From positions 64,001-128,000 of the forward strand of contig CAWBAN010000003.1 in assembly GCA_963786935.1 (NCBI GenBank): a stretch of DNA of 64,000 nucleotides, written 5' to 3'. Shown one piece after another: positions 37,806 to 48,200 of this stretch; within the stretch, counting starts at the first letter, position 1; every line of letters begins with the position of its first letter. The position numbers and the translations under genes are program-made. Source of the stretch: an uncultured bacterium (lineage in GTDB: Bacteria; Krumholzibacteriota; Krumholzibacteriia; Krumholzibacteriales; Krumholzibacteriaceae). The notes below the pieces were generated by a model. That model was not told where the DNA came from and did no database searches. It saw only the letters and a list, made by a program, of their open reading frames with translations.

Positions 37806-39355
37806 GGCGGACCGTCCGGATCGAGCGCGTCGGCGGATCGCGCCGTCGCGGCGAGGTTCGACGAGGGCGAAACCGCGCGACACTCGAAGAGGACGTAGCG
37901 GGAGCCCGAGCTCGTGACGCCGAAGCTCATGCCCAGCTCGTCGAGCAGCTTCCTGAGCTCGTCCGCGCGCCGCCGATCGGCCGTGACGAGGACGTACGTT
38001 TCGTGCCGCGGCGCCGCGACGATCTCGTGGCAGACCGAATCGAGGCTCCGGCGGGCCCACGGGGGGAGCGGCGCGGCGGCGATCCTCGTCAGGCGCCCTT
38101 CGAGGTAGAACTGGAGGCCGAAGAGCTCCCGCGATCCGAAGAGGAAGTACCCGGTCTCGCCGCGTCGCGCGTCGAGGCACGCGCGGTGGAGCGCCTTCAT
38201 GTCGAGATCGCTCCGGTGGCGCGCGCTCGCCCCCTTGAGGCCGACGAGGACCGCGGCGCTGACGGCCGCCGCGACGATCGCCGCGCGGGCGAGGTTCGGG
38301 CGCTCGATCGCGCGCAGCGTCATCCGGGCGGTCGCGAGCGCCACGGCGGGGAAGAGCGGGAGCACGTAGAACGGGAGCCTGCTCTTGGCGAGTGAAAAGA
38401 TGAAGAGCGGCACGAGGATCCATATCGCGAGAAACGCGAGCCGCTCGTCCTCCCGCAGGAGCCGCCTGAGGCTCGACCATCCGAAGATCGTCCGTTCCCG
38501 CGCGAGAGCGACGATCCACGCGCCGATCCCGGCTCCCGTTCCGAAGAGGAGCGGCGGCACGAAGATAACGAGCGGTTTGTACCACTCCGGATTCCTTCCG
38601 TGCTCCGCGGTGGCGATCCTCGCGTAGACCTCGGTGCCGAGGAAGTAATGGAGGAGCCCCGGGGTCCGCGCGGCGACGGCGACGTACCAGCTCGAGCCGA
38701 CGACGATCAGGATCGCGGCGCCGGGGAGCGGGAGGAGCCGCGGCCCTTTTCGGCCCGTGGCGGCGAGGTAGATCCGGAAGACGAGAATCGCGGCGAGCGC
38801 GACGAGCGCGGGCGGCCCCTTCGTGAGGAAGGCGACGCCGAGGAGTCCCCACATCCCGAGGATCCAGCGCTTCTCGCCCCGCGGCGTGCCGGCGCGATGC
38901 GCCTTCCACCAGCAGAGCACCGCGAGGAGCTCCCCGAAGGAGAGGAGGAGATCGGTGTGAACGGAGCTCGCCGCGAGGACGGCGAAGGGTGAGACGGCCC
39001 AGATGAGGCCCGCGGCGAAGCCGGTGCGGCGGTCCCACATCGCCCGCCCGAGGGCGCCGAGGGCGAGCGCGGTCAGGACGAAGACGGCGGCGTTCGGCAG
39101 GCGCGCTCCCCATTCGTTCGTCCCGAAGAGCGCCATGCTCCCCGCGATCGTCCAGTACGCGAGCGGCGGCTTCGTCCAGTGAGGCGCGTAGTCGAGCCGG
39201 GGGACGAGCCAGTCCCCCGTCTCGAGCATCTCGCGGGCCGATTCGGCGTAGCGCCCCTCGGTGGTTTCGTAGAGGCCGCGCGATCCCTGGAAGGCGAGCC
39301 CGACGATCGCCGCGACGGCGACGAGCACGAGGACGTTTCTTCGATCAGGCCTCAC
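37802..39355 (-). CDS. ArnT-like (GT83) lipid glycosyltransferase
   Basis: EGRYAESAREM...DWLVP...KPPLAYW, ARLP, LTKGP, YVLP; GTG start. Confidence 0.88.
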   Translation of the reverse strand: MRPDRRNVLVLVAVAAIVGLAFQGSRGLYETTEGRYAESAREMLETGDWLVPRLDYAPHWTKPPLAYWTIAGSMALFGTNEWGARLPNAAVFVLTALALGALGRAMWDRRTGFAAGLIWAVSPFAVLAASSVHTDLLLSFGELLAVLCWWKAHRAGTPRGEKRWILGMWGLLGVAFLTKGPPALVALAAILVFRIYLAATGRKGPRLLPLPGAAILIVVGSSWYVAVAARTPGLLHYFLGTEVYARIATAEHGRNPEWYKPLVIFVPPLLFGTGAGIGAWIVALARERTIFGWSSLRRLLREDERLAFLAIWILVPLFIFSLAKSRLPFYVLPLFPAVALATARMTLRAIERPNLARAAIVAAAVSAAVLVGLKGASARHRSDLDMKALHRACLDARRGETGYFLFGSRELFGLQFYLEGRLTRIAAAPLPPWARRSLDSVCHEIVAAPRHETYVLVTADRRRADELRKLLDELGMSFGVTSSGSRYVLFECRAVSPSSNLAATARSADALDPDGPP

Positions 39356-39668
39356 GGCTCGCCCGTTTTTCCTTTCCGATGAGCATGAGGTTGCGGATGT
39401 AGATGAAGCCGTTGAAGAAGTTCGCGAGAATGAAGACCGGATCGGCGATGTGTATCGCATAGATGAGGAGGATCGCGCTCCCGCCGAGGCTCAAGTACCA
39501 GAACGCGACGGGGATCACGCTCTTTCCCTTCCGCTCCGAGGCGACCCACTGGAGGATGAACCTGCTGCCGAAGAGGAGCTGGCCGAGGAGCCCGAGCGCC
39601 ACCCACCAGCTCGCGAATTTCTGAATCATTCCGTGCCAGAGCCCCTGGGAAAGGTCGGCGATGATCAT
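39345..39668 (-). CDS. Lipid A biosynthesis N-terminal (LAB_N) domain membrane protein
   Basis: GQLLFGSRFILQWVASE...PVAFWYLSLGG...DPVFI...YIRNL. Confidence 0.88.
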   Translation of the reverse strand: MIIADLSQGLWHGMIQKFASWWVALGLLGQLLFGSRFILQWVASERKGKSVIPVAFWYLSLGGSAILLIYAIHIADPVFILANFFNGFIYIRNLMLIGKEKRASREA

Positions 39669-40393
39669 TCGATCTCCTCTTTCACGTCGTATGTCACGTA
39701 GCGGGACTGCATCCATCTCACGGCGAACAGGTCGCGGAGCCCCTTGAAGAGGCGGTTCCCGATGCCGTACTTGTTCGCGCCCTTCGTCCGCGGGCGATGG
39801 TTCACGGGGATCTCGACGACCCGGGCCCCCTCGAGCTTGAGGAGCGTCGGGAGGAACCGGTGCATTCCCTCGAAAAGCTTGACGCGCCGGACGTGCCGGG
39901 CCCGGCACGCCCTGAGCGTGCATCCGACGTCGCGGATGCTCTCGTGCGTGAGGCGGTTCCGCACCGAGTTGGCGATCACCGACGAGGCCTTCCGCACGAA
40001 GGAGTCGCGGCGCCCCGCGCGCACCCCGCAGACGACGTCCCATTCGTCCATCTTCTCGAGGAGCCGCGGGATGTCGGCCGGATCGTTCTGCATGTCGGCG
40101 TCCATCGTCACGATGATCTCCCCGCGCGCGTGCTCGAACCCGGCCGCCATCGCGGTCGTCTGTCCCCGGTTCCGCGCGAACCGCACCGCGCGCAGGCCCG
40201 CCACGTCCCGCTTGAGGGCGCGGAGCCGTTCGAACGTGCCGTCCGTCGAGCCGTCGTCGACGACGACGATCTCGTAGCGCCTGCCGAGGCGCGCGAGCAC
40301 GCCGTCCGCCTCGCGCACGCACGGCTCGATCGATTGCTCCTCGTTGTACGCGGGGATCACGAGACTCAGCTCGATGCGGTCGCCGTTCGCCAT
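39665..40393 (-). CDS. GT2 polyprenyl-phosphate glycosyltransferase (ArnC/DPM-like)
   Basis: VIPAYNE, VDDGSTD, NRGQ, MDADMQNDP, GMHRFLP, VNHRPR. Confidence 0.9.
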   Translation of the reverse strand: MANGDRIELSLVIPAYNEEQSIEPCVREADGVLARLGRRYEIVVVDDGSTDGTFERLRALKRDVAGLRAVRFARNRGQTTAMAAGFEHARGEIIVTMDADMQNDPADIPRLLEKMDEWDVVCGVRAGRRDSFVRKASSVIANSVRNRLTHESIRDVGCTLRACRARHVRRVKLFEGMHRFLPTLLKLEGARVVEIPVNHRPRTKGANKYGIGNRLFKGLRDLFAVRWMQSRYVTYDVKEEIE

Positions 40394-40427
40394 GGGACAC
40401 ATGATAGAACGAAGGGCGGCGCCGGCG

Positions 40428-41129
40428 CTACCCCAAAACCGGGAGGCCGAAGATGTAGGTGAGGGAGTAGAGGACGCCCACGACGACGAACGCGGCGCCG
40501 GTGATCCGCCGCGCCCACCGATCGATCGCCGCGAGCCGATTGAACGCCGCGCCGACGCGCCGCGCGCCCGTCGCGAGGAGCACGGCGAAGACGAGCACGG
40601 GGAGCCCGGTCGCGATGCCGTATATCGACGGAATCGCGAAGCTCGAGTGGTGCGTGACGGCGAGGGGGATGAGGCTTCCGAAGAAGAGCGCCGCCGAAAC
40701 GGGGCAGAAGGAAAGGGCGAAAAGCATGCCGAGGAGCCCCGCTCCCCAGAGGCCTCCCGACTCGAGGCGCTTCTGCGTCTTCTCGCTCAGGGCGGGACCG
40801 GACGAGGTGAATCCGAGCAGGCCGAGGAGGAACATCCCCGCGACGACGAGGATGGGGCCGAGGGCCCGGTTCATGTATTTCTCGAGAAAATGAGAAACGG
40901 CGCTCATCGACAGGATGCTCGCCACGAGCAGGACGCCGAGCGCGAGGTAGGTGACGGTTCTGCCGAGCGTATAGGAAACGCCGGTAAGGAGGACCCGCCT
41001 CGGGCTCTCGAGCCGTCTGCCGATGTACGAGATGGCGGCGATGTTCGTCGCGAGCGGACAGGGGCTGATCGACGTGAGGATGCCGAGATAGAACGCCGCC
41101 GCGGCGCCGGCGATGAATCCGCCCATCAT
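40428..41129 (-). CDS. ArsG/DsbD-like transmembrane thiol-redox or efflux protein
   Basis: TSISPCPLATN and FALSFCP Cys pair; six TM helices. Confidence 0.8.
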   Translation of the reverse strand: MMGGFIAGAAAAFYLGILTSISPCPLATNIAAISYIGRRLESPRRVLLTGVSYTLGRTVTYLALGVLLVASILSMSAVSHFLEKYMNRALGPILVVAGMFLLGLLGFTSSGPALSEKTQKRLESGGLWGAGLLGMLFALSFCPVSAALFFGSLIPLAVTHHSSFAIPSIYGIATGLPVLVFAVLLATGARRVGAAFNRLAAIDRWARRITGAAFVVVGVLYSLTYIFGLPVLG

Positions 41130-41632
41130 GTGCCTTCCTGGAACGTCCTGATCTCTTCCTGGATATACGTCACGTACGCGGCCTTGTCGCCGACGAGCTC
41201 CCAGATCCGCGGCAGATTCCTCCAGCGGGTCTCCTCGCCGCCGCTCACGGCGGACAGCACCACCGATTTCGTGGTGAGCACGTAATCCTTCACGAAATGC
41301 TCGTTGCCGGGCTCGTCCGTGTCGATCGCCCGCCAGGCGATCGTCCCGGCATTCATGTCCTCGGCGAAAGCGGTCATGACCGCCTCGCGCGTGTATTCCT
41401 CGAGCTTGCGGCAGGTCGGGCAGCGTCTCGTTCCGTGGAAGTAGTATACGATCATGCCCGTCGAGACGGCCGGGACGGCGGCCGCGCCGTCGGTATCGCG
41501 CGCGCCCGCCGCGGGAGCCGCGGTCTCCGGCACCCCGGGACGGCGCTCCTTTATGACGAGAAACGCCACGCTCACGGCGACGAACGCGATCAGGATTGCG
41601 GTGACGATGTGCCTCGGTTTCATGCGCGCCAT
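41126..41632 (-). CDS. Membrane-anchored thioredoxin-like protein (ArsF family-like)
   Basis: N-terminal TM helix; YYFHGTRRCPTC. Confidence 0.8.
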   Translation of the reverse strand: MARMKPRHIVTAILIAFVAVSVAFLVIKERRPGVPETAAPAAGARDTDGAAAVPAVSTGMIVYYFHGTRRCPTCRKLEEYTREAVMTAFAEDMNAGTIAWRAIDTDEPGNEHFVKDYVLTTKSVVLSAVSGGEETRWRNLPRIWELVGDKAAYVTYIQEEIRTFQEGT

Positions 41633-41657
41633 TCTCCTTTGCCGCGATTCCGGTTCT

Positions 41658-41891
41658 TCACGCGATGTACTTCTTCAATTCATCGGCCGACGGGGCCGCG
41701 CCGGAGATCTTGACCTTCCCGTCAACGACGAGCGCGGGGGTCATCATGACGCCGAAATTCAAGATCTCGTTGATGTCGGTGACCTTCTCGATCTCGTATT
41801 CGATCCCGAGCGCCTCGGCCGCCGCCTTCGCGTTCTCCGCGAGCTTCGCGCATTTCGGGCAGCCCGTGCCGAGTATCTGTATCTTCTTCAT
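41658..41891 (-). CDS. Small redox-active disulfide protein (MTH895/thioredoxin_3 family)
   Basis: ILGTGCPKC, GVMMTPALVVDG. Confidence 0.9.
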   Translation of the reverse strand: MKKIQILGTGCPKCAKLAENAKAAAEALGIEYEIEKVTDINEILNFGVMMTPALVVDGKVKISGAAPSADELKKYIA

Positions 41892-41906
41892 GGCGTCCTC
41901 CCGGGC

Positions 41907-43082
41907 TCAGAGAGCCCCGTAGATCAATCCCGTGACGGTGGAGAGAATGATCACGAGGAGAATATACGCGGCGGCCTTCCTCGTGCCCATAATGCTTTTA
42001 ATGACGATCATGCTCGGGAGCGAGAGCGCCGGCCCCGCGAGCAGGAGCGCGAGCGCCGGGCCCTTTCCCATACCGCTTCCGAGGAGGCCCTGCACGATCG
42101 GCACCTCGGTGAGCGTCGCGAAGTACATGAACGCGCCGGCGATCGAGGCGAAGAGATTCGCGCGGAGCGAGTTGCCCCCGACGGCGCCGCTCACCCAGTC
42201 GGACGGAACGATCCCCTCGTTCCCCGGGCGGCCGAGCAGAAAGCCGGAAACGAGCACGCCGGCGAGGAGGAGCGGCATGATCTGCTTCGCGAAGCCCCAC
42301 GTCGCTTCGAGCCATTCGCCGGCCTCCTTCCGCGTCATGCGGAGGAGCAGGAAGATCGAAGCGCCGAGGCCGGCGAGGCACGCGAAGGCGACGATCCACT
42401 TCGCCGCGTAGATCGCGAACCACGCGCCCGACGTCTCCCGGGGCCGCGCCCAGTTCGCGAAGACGAGGAAACCGGCCATGGAGGCGAAGTACAGGGCGTT
42501 CTTCCAGAGAGGGCGCGGGACCTCGATCGACGGCATCGCGGCCTGCGCGCTCGCCTTGGCGTTTTCTTCCGCGCGGAAGAGAACGTGCATGACGAGCCCG
42601 ATGACGATGCTGAAGAGAACCGCGCCCGCCGCGCGGGCGACTCCGAGCCCCGGGCCGAGAATCCGGGCCGTGAGGACGATCGCGAGGATGTTGATCGCCG
42701 GTCCCGAGTAGAGGAACGCAGTCGCGGGGCCGATGCCGGCGCCCATCCGGTAGATCCCCGCGAAGAGGGGGAGCACCGTGCACGAGCAGACGGCGAGGAC
42801 CGAGCCCGAGACGGACGCCACGCCGTACGCGAGGGGCTTGCTCGCGCGCGCGCCGAGGTATTTCATCACGGAGGCTTTGCTGACGAACACGGCGATCGCC
42901 CCCGCGATGAAGAACGCGGGGACGAGGCAGAGGAGGACGTGCTCGCGCGCGTACCACTTCGCGAGGCTCAGGGCCTCGTTCACGGCGCCGTTGAATCGCG
43001 GCGCCCCGACCGGCAGGTAGAAGATCGCGAGAAAAAGGGCCGCGATCCAGAGAAACGGTTTCCACTCATTTCGCCAGGCCAC
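41907..43082 (-). CDS. ArsP/DUF318 family permease
   Basis: EHVLLCLVPAFFIAG, AVCSCTVLP, FLYSGPAIN, MYFATLTEVP, GPALSLP. Confidence 0.88.
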   Translation of the reverse strand: MAWRNEWKPFLWIAALFLAIFYLPVGAPRFNGAVNEALSLAKWYAREHVLLCLVPAFFIAGAIAVFVSKASVMKYLGARASKPLAYGVASVSGSVLAVCSCTVLPLFAGIYRMGAGIGPATAFLYSGPAINILAIVLTARILGPGLGVARAAGAVLFSIVIGLVMHVLFRAEENAKASAQAAMPSIEVPRPLWKNALYFASMAGFLVFANWARPRETSGAWFAIYAAKWIVAFACLAGLGASIFLLLRMTRKEAGEWLEATWGFAKQIMPLLLAGVLVSGFLLGRPGNEGIVPSDWVSGAVGGNSLRANLFASIAGAFMYFATLTEVPIVQGLLGSGMGKGPALALLLAGPALSLPSMIVIKSIMGTRKAAAYILLVIILSTVTGLIYGAL

Positions 43083-43386
43083 GCCGCGCCTCCTCCTTCG
43101 ATCTGATCACCGTTTCGACGCAGGATATGAAATTGAGAATGCAGGGCGTTCCGAGAATATAGTAGACTTTCGAGCCGCGCTTCTCGTCCCGGACGATGCC
43201 CGCGTTCCTGAGCACCGAGAGATGTTTGGAGACGGTCGATACGTCGGACCCGACCATGGCGGTCAGTTCCCGGACGCAGCGCTCGCGGCGCGCGAGCTCC
43301 TCGACGATCATGAGGCGCGCGGGGTGCGCCATCGCTTTGATGATTCTCGCCCGGGCTTCGAGCCGGGCCCGTGATTTCGCGTTCAT
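43066..43386 (-). CDS. arsR: ArsR/SmtB family repressor
   Basis: KAMAHPARL, CVREL, STVSKHLSVLRNAG, PCILNFISC. Confidence 0.88.
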   Translation of the reverse strand: MNAKSRARLEARARIIKAMAHPARLMIVEELARRERCVRELTAMVGSDVSTVSKHLSVLRNAGIVRDEKRGSKVYYILGTPCILNFISCVETVIRSKEEARRGLAK

Positions 43387-43407
43387 GCGGGATCCCTCTC
43401 CTTCAGG

Positions 43408-43429
43408 TATTTGGCAATTTAGCCAAATA
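43408..43429. promoter_or_regulatory. Palindromic operator upstream of arsR
   Basis: Perfect inverted repeat TATTTGGC-N6-GCCAAATA about 20 nt upstream of the arsR start; minus-strand TTGACA at 43444-43439. Confidence 0.7.
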
Positions 43430-43593
43430 GCCAATAATTGTCAAGGGGGGGGCATCGAAAAGGAACCGGCGGATCGTCGGCGGCCCGCCCCGGCGCTCGA
43501 GGCGAATCTGCCGGCACGCAAACGAAATTGTTGACAGTCAGCCGGCAAAACCGGTAAATCGAGATGTTGGCCGATGTTAAGGGAGCCGGAGGG

Positions 43594-44025
43594 ATGCCGA
43601 CGCAGCGAAATAGAGTCGTAGCGCGCTTAAGCGACGGGAAGATGCTCAAGGGGTACACGCACGACTTCCTGCCCGGAAAGGAGCTATTTCACCTGATCGA
43701 ATATTCGACTTCGGGGGCCGGCGACATCCATGAAATAGAGACATCCAGCCTCAAGGCGATATTCTTCGTCAAGACATTCGGCGGAAACAAGGATTACAAC
43801 GAGAAAAAGAGATTTTCGGAGGTCGACACGGCGGCCCTTCACGGAATCAAGATCAAGGTTACGTTCAAGGACGGGGAGGTGCTGTGCGGTCTATCCCTCG
43901 GCTACAACAAGGAAAAGAAGGGCTTCTTTATCGTTCCCATCGATCCCTTGAGCAATAACGAAAGGATCTATGTGATCGCCGGCTCCACGAAGAGCGTCAT
44001 CGTAGGGCCCGGGGCCGAGCAATGA
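43594..44025 (+). CDS. Conserved hypothetical protein (DUF6982-like, two internal repeats)
   Basis: VVARLSDGKMLKGYTHDF...LKAIFFVKTF and IKVTFKDGE...GFFIVPIDP.SNNERIY; GGAGGG SD. Confidence 0.7.
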   Translation: MPTQRNRVVARLSDGKMLKGYTHDFLPGKELFHLIEYSTSGAGDIHEIETSSLKAIFFVKTFGGNKDYNEKKRFSEVDTAALHGIKIKVTFKDGEVLCGLSLGYNKEKKGFFIVPIDPLSNNERIYVIAGSTKSVIVGPGAEQ

Positions 44026-44095
44026 CCGGAGGACCGCCGTCCCGCCCGGTCGCCCCTTCGGCGATAATCGATAAAGACTTCGCTTCATCCCGCAA

Positions 44096-44125
44096 TTGAC
44101 TTCGTTCCACGACGTATGATATAAT
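44096..44125 (+). promoter_or_regulatory. Strong sigma70 promoter with extended -10
   Basis: TTGACT(44096-44101)-18-TATAAT(44120-44125), with a TGn extension. Confidence 0.7.
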
Positions 44126-44129
44126 CCCC

Positions 44130-44445
44130 GCACCCGAACCCCAACATAAGACTGCGATCCGGCAGTCTGCCTGACGTGGAGGAAAGCCGATCGGACCCGG
44201 TCGAATCGGGTCCGTCGGGAGCACGGTCGGAGTTTAGCTCTTTGTAGCTGTTGCGCCGATACTCCATGCGTCCGACATCCTCAGCTGAGCAAAGGGTAAA
44301 CCTATATAAGCCCAAGTAATGCTCGTGGCATGTCCGGCTTCGCGCCGGGCATGAGAGGAGGTGACTGTCGCATCCGACTAAATCGTTTCAGCATCATGGC
44401 TCACCCGATCGAGCGGTGAGCCTGCAGATCAGGATAGGAGGAAGT
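44130..44445 (+). other. Long structured 5' leader or possible ncRNA
   Basis: Hairpins at 44149-44168, 44187-44218, 44329-44353 and 44398-44422; no convincing CDS. Confidence 0.45.
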
Positions 44446-44449
44446 GAAC

Positions 44450-45196
44450 GTGAACTCCAAACTGAGCGCATTGCTAGTATGCCTCATATGCCTGATTCTC
44501 GCGTCCACGATCAGCGCCCAGGATGAAATCGCGATACGGACCGACAACGTGGTTCGCCTGTATTCGCCGAACCTGCCCGCCGACGTCAACGTCGCCGAGT
44601 GGGTAAGAACGGGCGAGCTCGGCGTTCTCGCGCCGATCGACAATCCGGGAAAGGCCACTCCCGGACCGGCGCCCGCTCCGTACCCGGTCGCGAGAATCTG
44701 GGAGAAGGGGATCGAACAGCTCGGCGGCTCCAACGCGACCTGCGACGGCATCTGCTTCGTCAACGGCCCGCTGTGGGTGCCCGGCAAGCATGCGTTGATT
44801 CTCTGGACGATTCGAATCCCGAACCCGGGCCAGCGGCTGCAGAGCGAGTTCCTGAAGGATCTCACCCTGCAGCTTTGGGTGGATTGGAACGAGAATAAGT
44901 CATGGGAGCAGAGGGAACGGATGATTGTGCAGAACATAAGCGTCCAGACCCTCCTGCCTTCCTCGGCGCCGTACCTCGAAGTCCAGTACCTGACGAGCTT
45001 CGTCATTCCGCGGATGGCCGTCTTCACGGGCGGGTCCGGGGCGACGAAGTACACCGCCAAGCTCTGGGTTCGAGGCGCGTTGACGTACGACGACAACGAC
45101 GCGGCGCCCATGGGCGAGCTCCTGTTCGGTGAAACCGAGGACTACCTCGTGAACTATCAGGAGATTCAGACCGACACGAAGATCAACAAGGGATAA
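44450..45196 (+). CDS. Secreted GEVED-domain protein
   Basis: Signal peptide; LWVDWNENKSWEQRE...VRGAL...GETEDYLV; AGGAGG SD. Confidence 0.75.
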   Translation: MNSKLSALLVCLICLILASTISAQDEIAIRTDNVVRLYSPNLPADVNVAEWVRTGELGVLAPIDNPGKATPGPAPAPYPVARIWEKGIEQLGGSNATCDGICFVNGPLWVPGKHALILWTIRIPNPGQRLQSEFLKDLTLQLWVDWNENKSWEQRERMIVQNISVQTLLPSSAPYLEVQYLTSFVIPRMAVFTGGSGATKYTAKLWVRGALTYDDNDAAPMGELLFGETEDYLVNYQEIQTDTKINKG

Positions 45197-45276
45197 CGGA
45201 TGCAGAAGCGTAGTGGTGATTGTGCGCGATCAATAATCCTCTCGCCGAAAGCGGCGAGTCGGAGAAAGGATCAGTC

Positions 45277-48200
45277 ATGACACATCGGAAAGCATTATTG
45301 AGCTGCGCAGCGGCACTTCTTGCACTCCTTATCCTGCTCCCGTCGGTGCAGTCGGCCGATCCCGTCGAAGGGGTCAAGGCCAAGATCGCGCCGGCGCTCG
45401 GAGTGCAAATGGCCGCCGCCCAGCCGGGCGACTACGTGACGGCGATCGTGAAGTTGAACACCGTCGCGAACGTCAAGGCGATCCGCGGCGACAGGAAAGC
45501 GGTTTTCACCGAGCTGCGCGCCGTCTCAAAGCGGACGCAGGACGGCCTCGTACAGTATCTCGGGACGGCCGCCGTGAAACCGAAGGTCAAGTTGGTCCGG
45601 CAATTCTGGATCGACAACATCGTGCTCGTGCAGGCGACTCCGGACGTGATCAGGGAGATCGCCGCGCGGCCCGACGTCCGCGAAGTGTTCGATAACTATA
45701 CGGTGACCATGCCGCCGCGTCCCGGCGACGGAGGTCACCCGGTGCTCCAGCAGGCGGCGCCCCTCTGGGATGCCCTCGGCAAGATCGGCGCCAAGCAGGT
45801 GTGGAGCACGTACGGGATCAACGGTACGGGTGTCAGGGTCGGCGGCCTCGATACGGGCGTCGATATCACGCACCCGGACATCGCCGGCAAGATGATCACG
45901 AACAATCCCTCCGATCCGACATACCCGGGGGGATGGGCCGAGTTCAACTCGACCGGCGGCATCGTGCCCGGATCGCTGCCCCGCGATACCGACCAGCACG
46001 GAACGCATACGACGGGCACCGCGATCGGCGGCAGCGCGAGCGGGTACCCGATCGGCGTGGCCCCCGGGGCCCATTTCATGCACGGCCTCGTCATCCCGGG
46101 CGGGAGCGGAACGTTCGCCCAGGTGGCGGGCGGCATGCAGTGGATCATCGACCCGGACGGCAACCCGGCGACGAACGACGGCGCCCAGGTCGTCAACATG
46201 TCGCTCGGCGGAACGGGCACCTATTCGGAAATGGTCGCTCCGACCGACAACATGGTCGCGGCGAACGTGTTTCCGAGCTTCTCGATCGGCAACAGCGGAC
46301 CGAACGCCTCGACGACGGGAAGCCCCGGCAACGTGCCGAGCGCCTTCGGCGTCGGCGCATCGGACAGCCTCGACGTGATCGCGTACTTCTCGAGCCGCGG
46401 TCCCGTGACGTGGAACTATCCGCCGTACGTCGGCACCTGGATCAAGCCGGACATCTCCGCGCCGGGCGTCGACATCTTCTCGTCCATTCCGGGCGGGGGA
46501 TACGCAGGGGACTGGGACGGTACGTCGATGGCCGCGCCGCATGTGACGGGCACCGTGGCCCTCATGCTCCAGGCCAACCCGACCCTCACCGTCGAGCAGA
46601 CGAAGCTGCTCCTCCAGCAGACCGCCGTTGACCGCGGCGATCCCGGCATGGATAACACGTACGGCTGGGGCCGCATCAACGCCTTCGCGGCGGTGTCGGC
46701 CGCCCTCACGGGCATCGGCACCCTCGAGGGGCACGTGTACAGCAGCGCCGGCGGCCTGCCCGTGCAGGGCGCGAAGGTCCGGCTGACGGACACCGGCCAG
46801 CAGGTGTACACGAACGCGGCCGGCTATTACATGCTGAAGGCGGTCGCCGGAATCCACAGCGTGCAGGTATCGCGCTTCGGCTTCGACGCGGTCACCGTGA
46901 CCGTGAACATCGCGGCCGACGTGACGACCACGCAGGATTTCACGCTCACGCAGCTGCCTTCCGGAACGATCGCGGGATACGTGACCGATGACGAGACGGG
47001 CGTCGGCATCGCCGCCTCCATCTCGGTCAAGTATCTCGGCGATCCGGTCTTGACGATATCGACGAATCCCGCGGACGGGTACTACAGCGTCACGCTCCCG
47101 ACGGGGACGTACGATCTCGTCTTCAACCCGTCCTTCCCGTATCCCATGACGACGAGGAACGGCATCGCCGTCGCCGAAGGCGCGACGACGACGCTCGACG
47201 TCGCCCTCGGACGCGCGCAGATCCTCATCGTCGACGACGACGCGGGCAAGGAGTACCAGACCTACTTCGAAACGGCCGTGGCCGGTTCGGGCAGGTCGTA
47301 TCTGACGGTGAGTGCGCCGCCGAACGCGGCTACGATGGCCCTCTTCGAGTCGGTCATCTGGCTCACCGGTAACGACTACACGACGACCCTGACCGCGACC
47401 GACATGACCGAGATCGCCGCCTTCCTCGACGGTGGTGGACGGCTCTTCATGACGGGTCAGGACATCGGGTACGATATCGGCACGACGACGTTCTATACGA
47501 ATTATCTGCATGCGTCGTACGTGCAGGACGACGTGGGGCTCGGCGGCGTGCTCGGCGTCGCGGCGAGCGCCGTGGGCAACGGATTCACGTTCGAGATCAA
47601 GGGCGGATCGGGCGCCAACAACCAGGCGTATCCGTCCGAGATCAATCCGGTCGCCCCGGCGTCGCCGGCGTTCGTGTACGATCCGGCAGTCCCGGCTGCC
47701 GCGGCGACCGCGAACGACGTCGTGAAGAACGGCGTCTCGGCCGACGCGATCACCGGCTCGGGGACCGCGGGTCTCACGTTCGAGAACGGCACGTACAAGC
47801 TCGTCTACTTCGCCTTCGGCTTCGAGGCCGTGGCGGACGCGACGACTCGCACGATGCTCATGGACCGGGTTCTCGACTGGCTGCAGGGCTATCCGAAGAT
47901 AGTCCATACGCCGCTCGGGGACACCGAGAACGCGACGAATCCCTACCGGATCGCCGCGGTCGTCACCTCGGATTACTTCGCGCTCGATCCCTCGACCATC
48001 GCGCTCGTGTACGACGCGGGGCTCGGGGACGTGACCGTGCCGATGACGGCGACGGGCGTGCCCGACGAGTACGAGGCGTTCATCCCGGCGCAGGCCATCG
48101 GGACGGAAATCGCGTACTACCTCACGGCGAGCGACGTCGAAGGACACGTCACGACCCACCCGATGGGGGCTCCCGCCGCGCGGCACATCTTCCACGTGAT

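Noticed and set aside
36948..39113. 721-aa ORF as a single large gene
   Set aside because: Its first ~435 codons are an alternate frame of the ArnT-like gene; only the part from GTG 37805 is TruD
5621..43082. Selenocysteine recoding in MvhD, HdrA or ArsP-like proteins
   Set aside because: These ORFs are full length with no in-frame TGA
44288..44320. GCAAAGGGTAAACC resembling the start of a c-di-GMP-I riboswitch, and CCCGAACCC near 44133 resembling part of ydaO
   Set aside because: The required downstream elements (GAAA tetraloop stem and GGGACGCAAAG; GCTGAA and GGGGGA core) are absent
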